From an uncultured delta proteobacterium (GTDB taxonomy: Bacteria; Desulfobacterota; Desulfobacteria; Desulfobacterales; B30-G6), in NCBI GenBank assembly GCA_963823335.1, contig CAWGLD010000001.1, forward strand, positions 1,056,001 to 1,120,000: 64,000 nucleotides of DNA, in the 5' to 3' direction. The notes beneath the pieces were generated by a model that was not told the origin of the DNA, ran no database searches, and saw only the letters and a program-made list of their open reading frames with translations. Positions within the stretch are counted from its first letter, which is position 1. The number at the start of each line of letters is the position of its first letter. A program made the translations under genes and the position numbers. This document shows, one piece after another, positions 1 to 9,634 of the stretch.

Positions 1-47
1 CTTTATGGATTTAATTTACTCGATCGGGTTAACAGAAGGGACGTTGA

Positions 48-854
48 ATGAGCACTGATGATTATTTTATGGAGAGCGAAGAAGAAGCCAAGCGTCTTGA
101 CCTAAAGACGGATCCGACGGTAGTAGACAGGCATGCCCGGTGGGCAGGCCTTCAGCCGGGTATGCGTGTGGCCGACCTGGGCTGTGGATCTGGAAAGACA
201 ACTTTATGTCTCAGTAAAATATCCGGGGCAAAGGGTGAAACCGTCGGCATTGATAACGCCAACCAGCGAATTGAATTTGCAAAAAAGCATTATTCCGCAG
301 AGAAAATTGATTTTGTACTGGCAGATATTCGCTCCGAGTTAAGCCACCTGGGAAAATTTGACTTTGTCTGGGTTCGATTTGTTATGGAATACTATGGATC
401 TTCAGCATATGAGATTGTTCAAAATATCAGCAAAATTCTTAAACCGGGGGGAATATTGTGTCTTATCGACCTCGATTATAACTGTCTGACCCATTTCGGC
501 CTGCCAAAAAGACTTGAATCCGCCATACAGGGAATCAAGCGGACACTGGAAAGAAAAGCGGATTTTGATCCATATGCCGGCCGTAAGCTCTATTCATATC
601 TTTACGACATGGAATATGAAAATATCGATATGACCATAGAGGCGCATCATTTGATTTTTGGAGAGTTGAACGAAGTGGACGCGTTTAACTGGACCAAAAA
701 AGTTGAAGTGGGTGGAAAACTGTCAGGCTATCCATTCGACGATTATGAAGGCGGCTATGAAGAGTTCTTTGAAGAGTTTAAAAGAATTTTTTCACATCCA
801 AGAAGATTTACCTACACACCGATTATCCTGTGCAGAGGCAAGAAACCTTATTGA
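48..854 (+). CDS. Class I SAM-dependent methyltransferase
   Basis: VADLGCGSG motif I, GID motif II, LKPGG post-motif. Confidence 0.9.
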   Translation: MSTDDYFMESEEEAKRLDLKTDPTVVDRHARWAGLQPGMRVADLGCGSGKTTLCLSKISGAKGETVGIDNANQRIEFAKKHYSAEKIDFVLADIRSELSHLGKFDFVWVRFVMEYYGSSAYEIVQNISKILKPGGILCLIDLDYNCLTHFGLPKRLESAIQGIKRTLERKADFDPYAGRKLYSYLYDMEYENIDMTIEAHHLIFGELNEVDAFNWTKKVEVGGKLSGYPFDDYEGGYEEFFEEFKRIFSHPRRFTYTPIILCRGKKPY

Positions 855-855
855 T

Positions 856-2208
856 ATGAAAAAACTTTTATTGATCAACCCGGTTGGCCGGAAAAGTGGC
901 TATCTAATGAGCAGGTTTTCAACCTTTTCGCCCCTGGGGCTAGCGTATGTTGCTGCGGTTACTCCTGGCAACTGGGATGTTAAAATAGCGGATGAAAACT
1001 TCCAGCCATTCGAATTTGAAGAGGCTGACCTGGTGGCCATAACGGCCTTTACCAGTAACGTCAACAGGGCATATGAAATCGCCGGAATGTATCGGGACTG
1101 CGGAACAAAAGTGATCATGGGCGGCATCCACGCCTCCATGCTTCCCGATGAAGTGATGATGTTTGCAGATGCGGTTATCGTCGGAGAGGTGGAGGACATC
1201 TGGAAGGATGTCCTGAAAGACTTTGAAGAGAATAAGCTTGCTAAAAAATACATTGGGCCGAGAGTCGATCTGGAAAACTATGATATTGTTCCCCGAAGAG
1301 ATCTGCTCAATCCTGGCTATATGTGGCAATCGGTTCAAACCTCACGGGGCTGTCCTTTCAATTGCCATTTTTGTTCTGTGTCAAGATATCTTGGCAAAAC
1401 TTATCGTTGTCGCAAGGCTGAAGATGTTCTGAAAGAACTCAGCAGTATTGAAAAGCGTCATATCGCCTTTGTAGATGATAACCTCATTGGTTATAGCCCG
1501 GAGAGCGTCCGGCGAGCTAAAAAATTGTTTCAAGGCATGATAGATCAAAACCTGCAAAAAAAATGGTGGATGCAGACATCCATCAATGCCGCAGATGACG
1601 AAGAAATTGTCGAACTTGCGGCCAGAGCGGGATGCATGTTTGTTTTTATCGGTTTCGAAGCGATCAGTTTGACATCACTAAAAGAAATGAAAAAGGGTAT
1701 CAATGTCAAAACCGGTGTGGAAAACTACAGGCGCGTGGTGGATACGTTTCATAAATATGGTATCGGGGTGTTCGGTGCCTTCATCATCGGGAACGAGTTT
1801 GAAACAAAAGAATACTATAGGGAGCTGGCTGATTACCTGGTTCATTCCAGGATAGACATGTTTCAGATAAGCATTCTTACACCGTTGCCCGGAACCGATT
1901 TGATGAAGGAAATCACCACCTGTGATGGGCTGATTTATAAAGAGTTTCCCCAGGATTGGGATAAATACAGGTTTTCCTACGTGGTATACAAGCCTAAAGA
2001 GATCGACCTGGAAACAATATACACTGCAGACAACTATATCAAAACCAAGCTGTACTCTTTTCCAGCCTATCCGATTCGGTTGCTGAGGGCGCTCATCAGT
2101 CTGCGTCGCCTGAAAAGGGTCTATGCCATATACAAGTTTAATCAGGCGCTCAAACTCAGTTGGCAAAACGCCCATTATTATGATAAGTATCCGAAAGATA
2201 TCATCTAA
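856..2208 (+). CDS. B12-binding-domain radical SAM protein
   Basis: N-terminal PLGLAYVAA...MGGIHAS cobalamin-binding domain; SRGCPFNCHFC (CX3CX2C); start moved to ATG 856, 1 nt after the upstream stop. Confidence 0.9.
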   Translation: MKKLLLINPVGRKSGYLMSRFSTFSPLGLAYVAAVTPGNWDVKIADENFQPFEFEEADLVAITAFTSNVNRAYEIAGMYRDCGTKVIMGGIHASMLPDEVMMFADAVIVGEVEDIWKDVLKDFEENKLAKKYIGPRVDLENYDIVPRRDLLNPGYMWQSVQTSRGCPFNCHFCSVSRYLGKTYRCRKAEDVLKELSSIEKRHIAFVDDNLIGYSPESVRRAKKLFQGMIDQNLQKKWWMQTSINAADDEEIVELAARAGCMFVFIGFEAISLTSLKEMKKGINVKTGVENYRRVVDTFHKYGIGVFGAFIIGNEFETKEYYRELADYLVHSRIDMFQISILTPLPGTDLMKEITTCDGLIYKEFPQDWDKYRFSYVVYKPKEIDLETIYTADNYIKTKLYSFPAYPIRLLRALISLRRLKRVYAIYKFNQALKLSWQNAHYYDKYPKDII

Positions 2209-4175
2209 GCAGAAGTTTTTTGTTGTAGCGATGGGGCAAGAGGGGGCTCTTTTGACTTGTTTGCCGGTCCATTAAAATATCTGAAGAATGCATCAACAAT
2301 TTCTTCCTCAAAATGCAGGCCGCTTTCTTCCTGGAGTAACCTTGTGGCTTTTTCTATGGGCATGGGATTTCGATAATGTCTTTTGGCCGTGATCGCTTCA
2401 AAAAAATCTGCAACAGCGATAATTTTTGCCCCTAATGGGATCTTGTCTCCTCTCAGCCCATTGGGATACCCGCTACCGTCTATTTTTTCGTGATGTGATC
2501 CTGCAATGTCCGGTACCTGGCTGAATATTCCTTCAAAATGAACCCGTTCCAGTATACTCCTGGTTTTTTCTGAGTGGGTTTTTATCACCTCAAATTCTTC
2601 TGGTGTTAACTTTCGGGGCTTTTTCAGCAACGAGTCAGGAACGCCGATCTTTCCATAATCGTGGAGCAGTGCTGCTACCTGAATCATCTCTCGATAGTCT
2701 TTATCGAGGTTCAGCTCATCGCAGATGCCGAGTGAAAATTCGGTGACCCTTTCAGAATGTCCTGCAGTCAGGGGGTCGCGTGCATCGATACTGGCCGCTA
2801 GCGTCGCCAGTATTGATCTGAACTGACGTTCTTTTGCTTCAAGGAGTTCTGCATTACGGATGCAGATACCCAGAATCGATGCAACACCGATAATCAGGCT
2901 GATATCACTTTGAATCAAGGGTCTTTTAGACGTCAAGTTATCAACGGCCAGAACGCCCAGAGATTCATTGTCACAGATGATCGGACAGCAAACAAAAGAT
3001 TTGGATCCCAGTAACTTTGCAAACGACAGGCTGCGAGGAGAGAGGGTTTCCTCGATTTCATCAATATCATTTACTAAAAAAGGCTTTTTTTCATGAAACG
3101 ATACAACAAAAACACCCTTTGACTCAGGGTTGTTTAGATGAAAGGCAGCATTTTTTATTATTTTATACTGCTCAGGGGAATAACCGAACCCAGCCTTGAA
3201 TTGTAACCTGGTTTTGTCAGCACTTGCCAGGAGAATAATTCCCCTGTCATAATCCAAACGGTTTTCTGATATTCTAATAATATTGGTCAGGATATCTTCT
3301 TTTCTGGTGTACTTGCTGATGGCAAGCCCAATTTCGTTTGTCATCAAGGCATTGTTATAATTTATTTCAATGTTTTCAATCATCTGATCGCTGAGATCTC
3401 TCAAATGATTGAGGCTTTTCAACATTTCAAGTTTTTCAGTTCGGTCACTTATGGATGTAAGCAAGAAGACAAGAAAAACGGAGATAGGTAATATTGCAGA
3501 AAGTGTAAAAATGGGATCGATGAATATAGACACTGCTACAATGATAGCGAAGAATAAAAGGGCATAATTTCGAAGTCTTTTCCAGATATCCGAGAATGAT
3601 TTTTCCCAGGTGACCACATATCTACAGGTGGCCCCCCCTCGAAACACGCATTCAGGATGGTCGATGTCGGGGAGCTTTTTTGTGAAAATCATTGTTATTG
3701 CTTCAAAAAGGCCTTTTCGATTTTCACACTGGAAGGGGTTTTCCTGAACACCCTCCAGAGGGGTAACACAGATTTCAACTTTATTATAGGCTATCTTTTT
3801 TGATTCATAGGTGGTTGATTTTGTGAATTTTTCTGCGGCTTTACCTGCAAACTCGTAGGCTTTTGAATGGCTAATCATTCCGAGAACATATTTTTGGATA
3901 GTACCAAGCGACTCAGGTGACGCAGTAAATCTTCCAGCTTCTCTGGCAATATTTTCATTATTCGTTACTTGGGAAAGCTTTTCATGAAAAAGATTTATCT
4001 GTTGTTGGGTGAACCAATGACCTTCATCCGCAACTTGATAAGGGGTCATGTTTGCTGCATTTAACAATTGTGCTATATTTACTGATGGATAGTTTTTTTT
4101 TATTAACTTAATATAATTGTCAATAATTCTACTATTATAAAGAGGAACATCAGTTTTGGTTTTATTTTTAGCCAT
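2205..4175 (-). CDS. HD-GYP c-di-GMP phosphodiesterase with N-terminal V4R-like sensor, 2 TM helices and GAF domain
   Basis: AGHSERV, LLHDYGKIG, HHEKIDGSGYP motifs; GAF (FVCCPII...LGVLAVDN); CENRKG...HPECVFRGGATCRY V4R-like Cys pattern. Confidence 0.88.
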   Translation of the reverse strand: MAKNKTKTDVPLYNSRIIDNYIKLIKKNYPSVNIAQLLNAANMTPYQVADEGHWFTQQQINLFHEKLSQVTNNENIAREAGRFTASPESLGTIQKYVLGMISHSKAYEFAGKAAEKFTKSTTYESKKIAYNKVEICVTPLEGVQENPFQCENRKGLFEAITMIFTKKLPDIDHPECVFRGGATCRYVVTWEKSFSDIWKRLRNYALLFFAIIVAVSIFIDPIFTLSAILPISVFLVFLLTSISDRTEKLEMLKSLNHLRDLSDQMIENIEINYNNALMTNEIGLAISKYTRKEDILTNIIRISENRLDYDRGIILLASADKTRLQFKAGFGYSPEQYKIIKNAAFHLNNPESKGVFVVSFHEKKPFLVNDIDEIEETLSPRSLSFAKLLGSKSFVCCPIICDNESLGVLAVDNLTSKRPLIQSDISLIIGVASILGICIRNAELLEAKERQFRSILATLAASIDARDPLTAGHSERVTEFSLGICDELNLDKDYREMIQVAALLHDYGKIGVPDSLLKKPRKLTPEEFEVIKTHSEKTRSILERVHFEGIFSQVPDIAGSHHEKIDGSGYPNGLRGDKIPLGAKIIAVADFFEAITAKRHYRNPMPIEKATRLLQEESGLHFEEEIVDAFFRYFNGPANKSKEPPLAPSLQQKTSA

Positions 4176-4192
4176 TATTATTTGAACATTAT

Positions 4193-6265
4193 TTAATGTT
4201 GAATAAATTTTAATAGTCTATTGAGATATTTAAAATAATTGTCAGTATTGTTCATGTTCAAAACCCATAGATTGTAAATTCTTTCAAATGGAATCTGCTC
4301 TTTTTCCATGTATTCAACTGGGTATACCATTACTGGAGCGTTCTCCATTTTAAATTTTTCAGAAATTATCCTAATAATTGAATGTATTATATCAGATGGC
4401 AGATTATCAGGATCAACTACATATGCTGTAATATTATTTGTCAGGTCTGATAGATTTAAACCTTTATCTGATAGATTGACAATAAAAATGGCTTTTAACA
4501 TACCGTTATTTTTTAGTGAAAAAAGAAATCGCTCTCTTTTCAAGCCTATTTTTTTATATTCATCAGAAAGTTCATTCATCATAAATGTAATAGGTGAAAG
4601 ATCGAGCGCTTTTAGCATCAGGCCATCTGATTTATAATTATAGTAGATATTAAGTTCCTCTAAATCCTCTTTAATACTATCAGATAGCTCCCAATCCCAA
4701 GGAATAACGTTATTTTTTTTATATTCATCAGATAAGTAAAAATAAGCAAAAGGATCAAGAGAGCACGCTTTTGGATTATTTATATTTCTATATGCCCCGC
4801 CAAACACACGGTTTGGAAATTTATTTGTATCTCGAAAATAGCAAAAAAGAAAATCCATTTTTGCAGAATGTAACCTATGAGAATTATTGAAAAAAAGTCC
4901 TATCTGATTGAGCACAGATAAACCACCAGTCTTAAATGATGAGCGTCTAGCGGCGTGATGATGGATGAGCCATGAATTTTCATAAAACCTGATTGAAGAC
5001 ATATGGGCCTGTATGAGGTCTTGTGTTTTATAAATAAAATGTCGTGCTATATCAGGGCGTTGAGTGTATAGAATCTTGTAGGTCTTTAAAATGTCTGATT
5101 TATTTTGATGGATATGTCCAAATTTTTTTGGGTAAAGAAAACCAGATTCGAAAAAAAAGTCCCAAAGTTTGTCGATTTCTATTTCATTGCTGATAAATGA
5201 GTTTTTATCACTTTTCTGGTGAAGCAATCCTATAATAGTTTCATGGTAATTTAATGTGATATCAATTATTACAATCCCACATTTTGACATGTCTCCCGAG
5301 TCTGATGATTCAAGCTTTTTTCGGTAAACCACCTGGGCTTTGAAATGTATCTTGAAGCTGTTGGCAATGAGCATTTCAACATCAGGGAGAATTATGCCCG
5401 GCAGGAGAACGCTCGTGTTTTCGGTTTCTTCGACAGAAAAACCCGAGCCTGAAAGATCAACGACTTTAAAGTCATGCACTTTGCCGGTTAATGGGTGTGT
5501 GAAACGGATGGTAGGGGCTGGGGTGATATCTTCGCGGGAGCTTCGGAACCTTTTTTTCTTAAAGCGCTTTACATTATGACTTGTGGGTTCAAGCAGAAAA
5601 TCGATGGTGCTTCCGTTCGATGTCTCCTTAATAATTTTACATTCACCAGAATAGAGGGTTTCTTCTTCACTGGTCAGGAGAATATTGACGGTGACATTCG
5701 GGTTGAGCCATTGTGATGTCTGGGGAGGCTCCAGTCTGGTTTTGACACTGAATTCGGTTGCACAAAAATCGATGAGTGTACCGTCAAAGATAACGCTGTT
5801 TTGAAACATTTGTGCTCTGATGCCATGGCAGGACACGCGCAGACTTTTCTTCGATATCATTTGAGAATATATCTCGGGGATTCGAAAATGGATGAACTCC
5901 TCGTTAAGGTCTACCAGCTCCAGGCGCAGTTCCAAATCCCAGCGCCTATCTTTCAACAGGATGCTTTCAAATTCATATGTCCTGAGCCGGGTCTTTAGTT
6001 TTGATGTATCCATCCACGTGCAGAGCAGGTCTTCTCCCATGCTGGGTTGGGGTTTTGCCGGGCATGCAAAGACATGTCCGAATTTTTTATGTCTGAAATT
6101 TATCAGGATAGTTTCATCTTGAAAGTTGATGAAATTCAGTTTATTGACGAGTTGTTGTCTGCTTATCTTTTGGGGCGTTGTATGTTCTGGCTTTTTATTG
6201 AGGCCGTTTTCAGGAATCCTGACCGGGCAGGCGACATCACCCGATTTTATCAGTTGATAGCTCAT
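4193..6265 (-). CDS. PilZ-domain protein with C-terminal GNAT-like domain
   Basis: RSSRE...VVDLSGSGFS (RxxxR-like / DxSxxG); C-terminal AHMSSIRFYENSWLIHHHAA region resembles an acyltransferase fold (inference). Confidence 0.7.
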   Translation of the reverse strand: MSYQLIKSGDVACPVRIPENGLNKKPEHTTPQKISRQQLVNKLNFINFQDETILINFRHKKFGHVFACPAKPQPSMGEDLLCTWMDTSKLKTRLRTYEFESILLKDRRWDLELRLELVDLNEEFIHFRIPEIYSQMISKKSLRVSCHGIRAQMFQNSVIFDGTLIDFCATEFSVKTRLEPPQTSQWLNPNVTVNILLTSEEETLYSGECKIIKETSNGSTIDFLLEPTSHNVKRFKKKRFRSSREDITPAPTIRFTHPLTGKVHDFKVVDLSGSGFSVEETENTSVLLPGIILPDVEMLIANSFKIHFKAQVVYRKKLESSDSGDMSKCGIVIIDITLNYHETIIGLLHQKSDKNSFISNEIEIDKLWDFFFESGFLYPKKFGHIHQNKSDILKTYKILYTQRPDIARHFIYKTQDLIQAHMSSIRFYENSWLIHHHAARRSSFKTGGLSVLNQIGLFFNNSHRLHSAKMDFLFCYFRDTNKFPNRVFGGAYRNINNPKACSLDPFAYFYLSDEYKKNNVIPWDWELSDSIKEDLEELNIYYNYKSDGLMLKALDLSPITFMMNELSDEYKKIGLKRERFLFSLKNNGMLKAIFIVNLSDKGLNLSDLTNNITAYVVDPDNLPSDIIHSIIRIISEKFKMENAPVMVYPVEYMEKEQIPFERIYNLWVLNMNNTDNYFKYLNRLLKFIQH

Positions 6266-6595
6266 ACTTGTTGCAACCTCACTAGTTAAAAGACATCAAG
6301 CATTCTGTTGACGCAGCCGGAAGGCTGCGGCTATTATGTTTCATCAAATAGATTGAATGATTTTTCAAGTCCCACGATCGGGGATATTTAACACGGATAA
6401 AGAGATTATACAAGAAAAGATAGCTGTTTATCGCTTGGCCCATTTGATTGAATCCGCGGAATTCATCGGTATTTTTCTAAAAAGCTTGAACACTTCTAAA
6501 AGTTAGACATCATCAGGTGAATACCAGACAGCTGGATAATTTTGGGGATTCATTTTGCCGGCGCGAACATAACGCTGAATAAACAGGAGGTCGTC

Positions 6596-7417
6596 ATGTG
6601 TATGCTTTCACATTTTTTCATGGTTCTGATTCTTGCCGCTTCAATGATCTTTTTTCCAAACACATTGACGACTGCCCATGCTGATGACCCTAAAGCACGT
6701 GAGATAATGGAAAAAGTAGATGCGCGGGAGGATGGAGACAATCAGACAGCGGACATGGAGATGGTCTTGATAGATAAAGGAGGGAAGGAGCGCTTCCGTG
6801 TGATCAGAACCTTCAGCAAAGATATGAATGAAGACACTTTTCGGCTGATGTTTTTTAGTTCGCCCGCGGATGTCAAACACACCGGATTTTTGACCTATGA
6901 TTATGATGACCCCGAAAGAGATGATGAACAGTGGCTTTACCTGCCCGCTCTGAAAAAAACAAAGCGAATAGCATCGAGCGATAAGAGCGGATCTTTCATG
7001 GGTTCGGATTTAAACTATTCCGACATGACGTCAAGGAATCTCGAGGATTATAATTTTACAATGAAAGATGAACTGGATGTCAATGGTCATCCTGCCTGGC
7101 TCATTGAATCTATTCCCCGAACAAAAAAAGTGGTTAAGGAAACGGGTTATTCCAAATCACTTCTTTTTATACGCCAGGACAATTTTTATGTTATTCGGGC
7201 GATTCACTGGGTCGACGATGGTGGATATTTAAAATATGTGGACGTTAAGAGTCTGGAACAGATCGATGGCATCTGGATTGGTACTGAAATGCATGTTTTC
7301 AAGAAAAAGGGCAAATCGGTCGTTCACAGAACAGAATTAAGATGGAAAAACATCCAATTCAACCAAAACTTAGAGGAGGAACTGTTTACAATTCGACGAC
7401 TTGAAAAAGGTCTTTAA
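6596..7417 (+). CDS. Outer-membrane lipoprotein-sorting (LolA-like) protein
   Basis: Signal peptide; FSSPADVKHTGFL, QWLYLPALKKTKRI, SFMGSDLNYSD motifs; RBS AGGAGG before ATG 6596. Confidence 0.85.
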   Translation: MCMLSHFFMVLILAASMIFFPNTLTTAHADDPKAREIMEKVDAREDGDNQTADMEMVLIDKGGKERFRVIRTFSKDMNEDTFRLMFFSSPADVKHTGFLTYDYDDPERDDEQWLYLPALKKTKRIASSDKSGSFMGSDLNYSDMTSRNLEDYNFTMKDELDVNGHPAWLIESIPRTKKVVKETGYSKSLLFIRQDNFYVIRAIHWVDDGGYLKYVDVKSLEQIDGIWIGTEMHVFKKKGKSVVHRTELRWKNIQFNQNLEEELFTIRRLEKGL

Positions 7418-7420
7418 AGG

Positions 7421-8902
7421 ATGAAAACAGTCAAAGTATTGTCGATCATCTTTTTCTCATCACTCTGCTTGATCTTTGCGCAATCAGTCTTTCCGGTGTT
7501 TGCCGAAACAGGAGATGAGGATCTGGATCGTGTGATCGAGGGGTTTGAGGACGAACCTGTCAATAAGCCTGAAGAAGTGTTTGATGGCATATTAGAAGGG
7601 TTTGAAGATCAGCCGGCCGAAGATAGTCCCCGGGAGATTGATGCCGGAGAATCACCAACCCGGAACGACCATCAAGAAGGAGTGTTCGCTGTGAGTTTCA
7701 ACGGGCATACCAGTGTGAGGTCGACCTATAACTACGAACATGACGAGCCCGTCGAAGATGAGACAGACTGGAGAGGCCTTTCAAGCCTTCGTTCGGAGTT
7801 GATGCTTGAGGTCGACACAAAGCTGGGAAAGAACTGGTCGGCCAGAATCAGCGGCAGTGCCTTCTATGATGCCGCCTATGACATAAACGGCAGGGATTCG
7901 TATACCGATGAAGTTCAGGATAACTATATCAGCGAAACTGAGCTCCTGGAAACGTATGTCCAGGGCAGCCTTCTGAAGTATCTGGATGTAAAAGTCGGGC
8001 GGCAGATTGTCGTATGGGGGAAACTGGACAATATTCGGGTGACGGATGTCCTGAATCCTTTGAACCTCAGGGAAATTGGTGCCACCGATATCGAAGATCT
8101 CCGTCTTCCTGTCAATATGTTGAAAATCAGCGCCTATATCTTCAACTGGAGCCTTACCGGCATCGCGATACCTGAAATACGCTTCAATAAAAATCCCGAG
8201 TACGGCAGTGATTTTTATCCCGCCGATCTTCCTCCGGCGCATGAAGAAAAGCCTGAAAGCGGATTTGAGAACATGGAATATGCTCTTTCGGCCAGTAGTG
8301 TATTCAGTGGCTGGGATGTTGCTTTTTACTGGGCGGATGTATACAGCGATGCATCCCATCTGGAGAAACTTCCGGGTTTTTTCCAAGTGGAATTAGCCCA
8401 TGCGCGTTTAAAGCTATATGGAGCAGCCTTTGACATTGCGTATGGAAACTGGCTTCTATCGGCCGAAGCCGCTCATATTTCCGGTTTGCAATATTTTAAT
8501 ACGGATGATGAAACCTTTTCCAGGACAGATGTCGGAGCAGGCATCGAATTCTCCGGATTTAGTGAGGCGACCCTGGGCATCGAGGTGGTTCAGCGATATA
8601 TTCATGATTATAAAGACATATTGAAAAACGAACCGGACAACCTGGAAAAGACTTCAACACAATCAGTGGTTAGGCTGACAAAAACCTGGCTCAACAAAAC
8701 GCTCACCCTGACAATATTGGCGTCGGCATTTGGATCCGACTTTAAAAAGGGGTCGCTTCAGCGCTATGAACTGGACTATGATATTTCTGATAACCTTCTT
8801 GTCAAAGGAGGGCTGATTGCCTATCAATCTGGAACCACCACCGGTTTTGGCAGTATAGGGGACAACGACCGTTTGTTTCTTGAATTCAAATATAGCTTTT
8901 AG
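7421..8902 (+). CDS. DUF1302-like outer-membrane beta-barrel protein
   Basis: Signal peptide; VGRQIVVWG...TDVLNP motif; C-terminal EFKYSF barrel signature; follows the LolA-like gene. Confidence 0.75.
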   Translation: MKTVKVLSIIFFSSLCLIFAQSVFPVFAETGDEDLDRVIEGFEDEPVNKPEEVFDGILEGFEDQPAEDSPREIDAGESPTRNDHQEGVFAVSFNGHTSVRSTYNYEHDEPVEDETDWRGLSSLRSELMLEVDTKLGKNWSARISGSAFYDAAYDINGRDSYTDEVQDNYISETELLETYVQGSLLKYLDVKVGRQIVVWGKLDNIRVTDVLNPLNLREIGATDIEDLRLPVNMLKISAYIFNWSLTGIAIPEIRFNKNPEYGSDFYPADLPPAHEEKPESGFENMEYALSASSVFSGWDVAFYWADVYSDASHLEKLPGFFQVELAHARLKLYGAAFDIAYGNWLLSAEAAHISGLQYFNTDDETFSRTDVGAGIEFSGFSEATLGIEVVQRYIHDYKDILKNEPDNLEKTSTQSVVRLTKTWLNKTLTLTILASAFGSDFKKGSLQRYELDYDISDNLLVKGGLIAYQSGTTTGFGSIGDNDRLFLEFKYSF

Positions 8903-8979
8903 AAGAACTCGAGGCAGCTCAAAGATGGAAAATGCCGAGCAATTATGGGAAACAACCCCCTGTTCGAGGTCGTTTATGC

Positions 8980-9008
8980 TTGACAGGATATGGCAAGTTG
9001 ACTATAGC
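8980..9008 (+). promoter_or_regulatory. Putative sigma70 promoter of dsrTMKJOP
   Basis: TTGACA-17 nt-TATAGC upstream of dsrT. Confidence 0.55.
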
Positions 9009-9076
9009 ACATTTTTTGGATATACGTCTTGTGGGATATGCTTTTCAGCCAAAACAACCAGGGAAACTGCATCGGT

Positions 9077-9610
9077 ATGAGGTTAAGGGAGTTACTGAAA
9101 AATAAGAAGTCTTCCATTGTAAAAAAATGGTTTGAATTTGTGATTGATACCTATGCACCTGATGCGGCGCTGTTCTTTAAAAGTCAAAAAGACAATTTTT
9201 TAAATCCTGTCGGTGGAACCACACACAGTATTCTTGAGACACTGTTTGAAACCCTCCTGGAAAATGTTGATGCCGATAACGTTGCTGTCACGCTGGAACC
9301 GATTATTAAAATTCGGGCGGTACAAAAATTTTCGCCATCCCAGGCTGTCGGATTCCTTTTTGCCCTAAAAACAATTATTCGCAATGAATTGAAAAAAGAA
9401 TTAAAAAAGATACATCCTGAGGAGCTGGAATTGGTCGACACCAGAATTGACACACTGGCGTTGATCGGGTTCGACGTTTTCGTTCGATGCAGAGAGAAGA
9501 TTTACGACCTCAAGACCAATACAGAGAGGAGTAAAATCTATACGGCGTTCGCACGGGCCGGGCTAATTAAAGAGATTGCGGCAGATGAACCGGATCTCAA
9601 ATTTGTTTAA
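9077..9610 (+). CDS. dsrT: DsrT (RsbRD N-terminal domain protein)
   Basis: IVKKWF...FLNPVG...IIKIRAVQKFSPSQAV...CREKIY; directly upstream of dsrM. Confidence 0.88.
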   Translation: MRLRELLKNKKSSIVKKWFEFVIDTYAPDAALFFKSQKDNFLNPVGGTTHSILETLFETLLENVDADNVAVTLEPIIKIRAVQKFSPSQAVGFLFALKTIIRNELKKELKKIHPEELELVDTRIDTLALIGFDVFVRCREKIYDLKTNTERSKIYTAFARAGLIKEIAADEPDLKFV

Positions 9611-9634
9611 TATCTATCAGCGAGGTAATGTTAA

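Noticed and set aside
703-855. N-terminal extension of the radical SAM ORF (likewise the 6542, 9029, 12264, 12647, 32763, 40899, 51210 and 58834 starts)
   Set aside because: They overlap upstream genes or precede the RBS-supported, homology-consistent start.
6313-6328. GCAGCC-ggaa-GGCTGC hairpin as a possible c-di-GMP riboswitch
   Set aside because: A single short hairpin without the recognisable second stem or conserved motifs.
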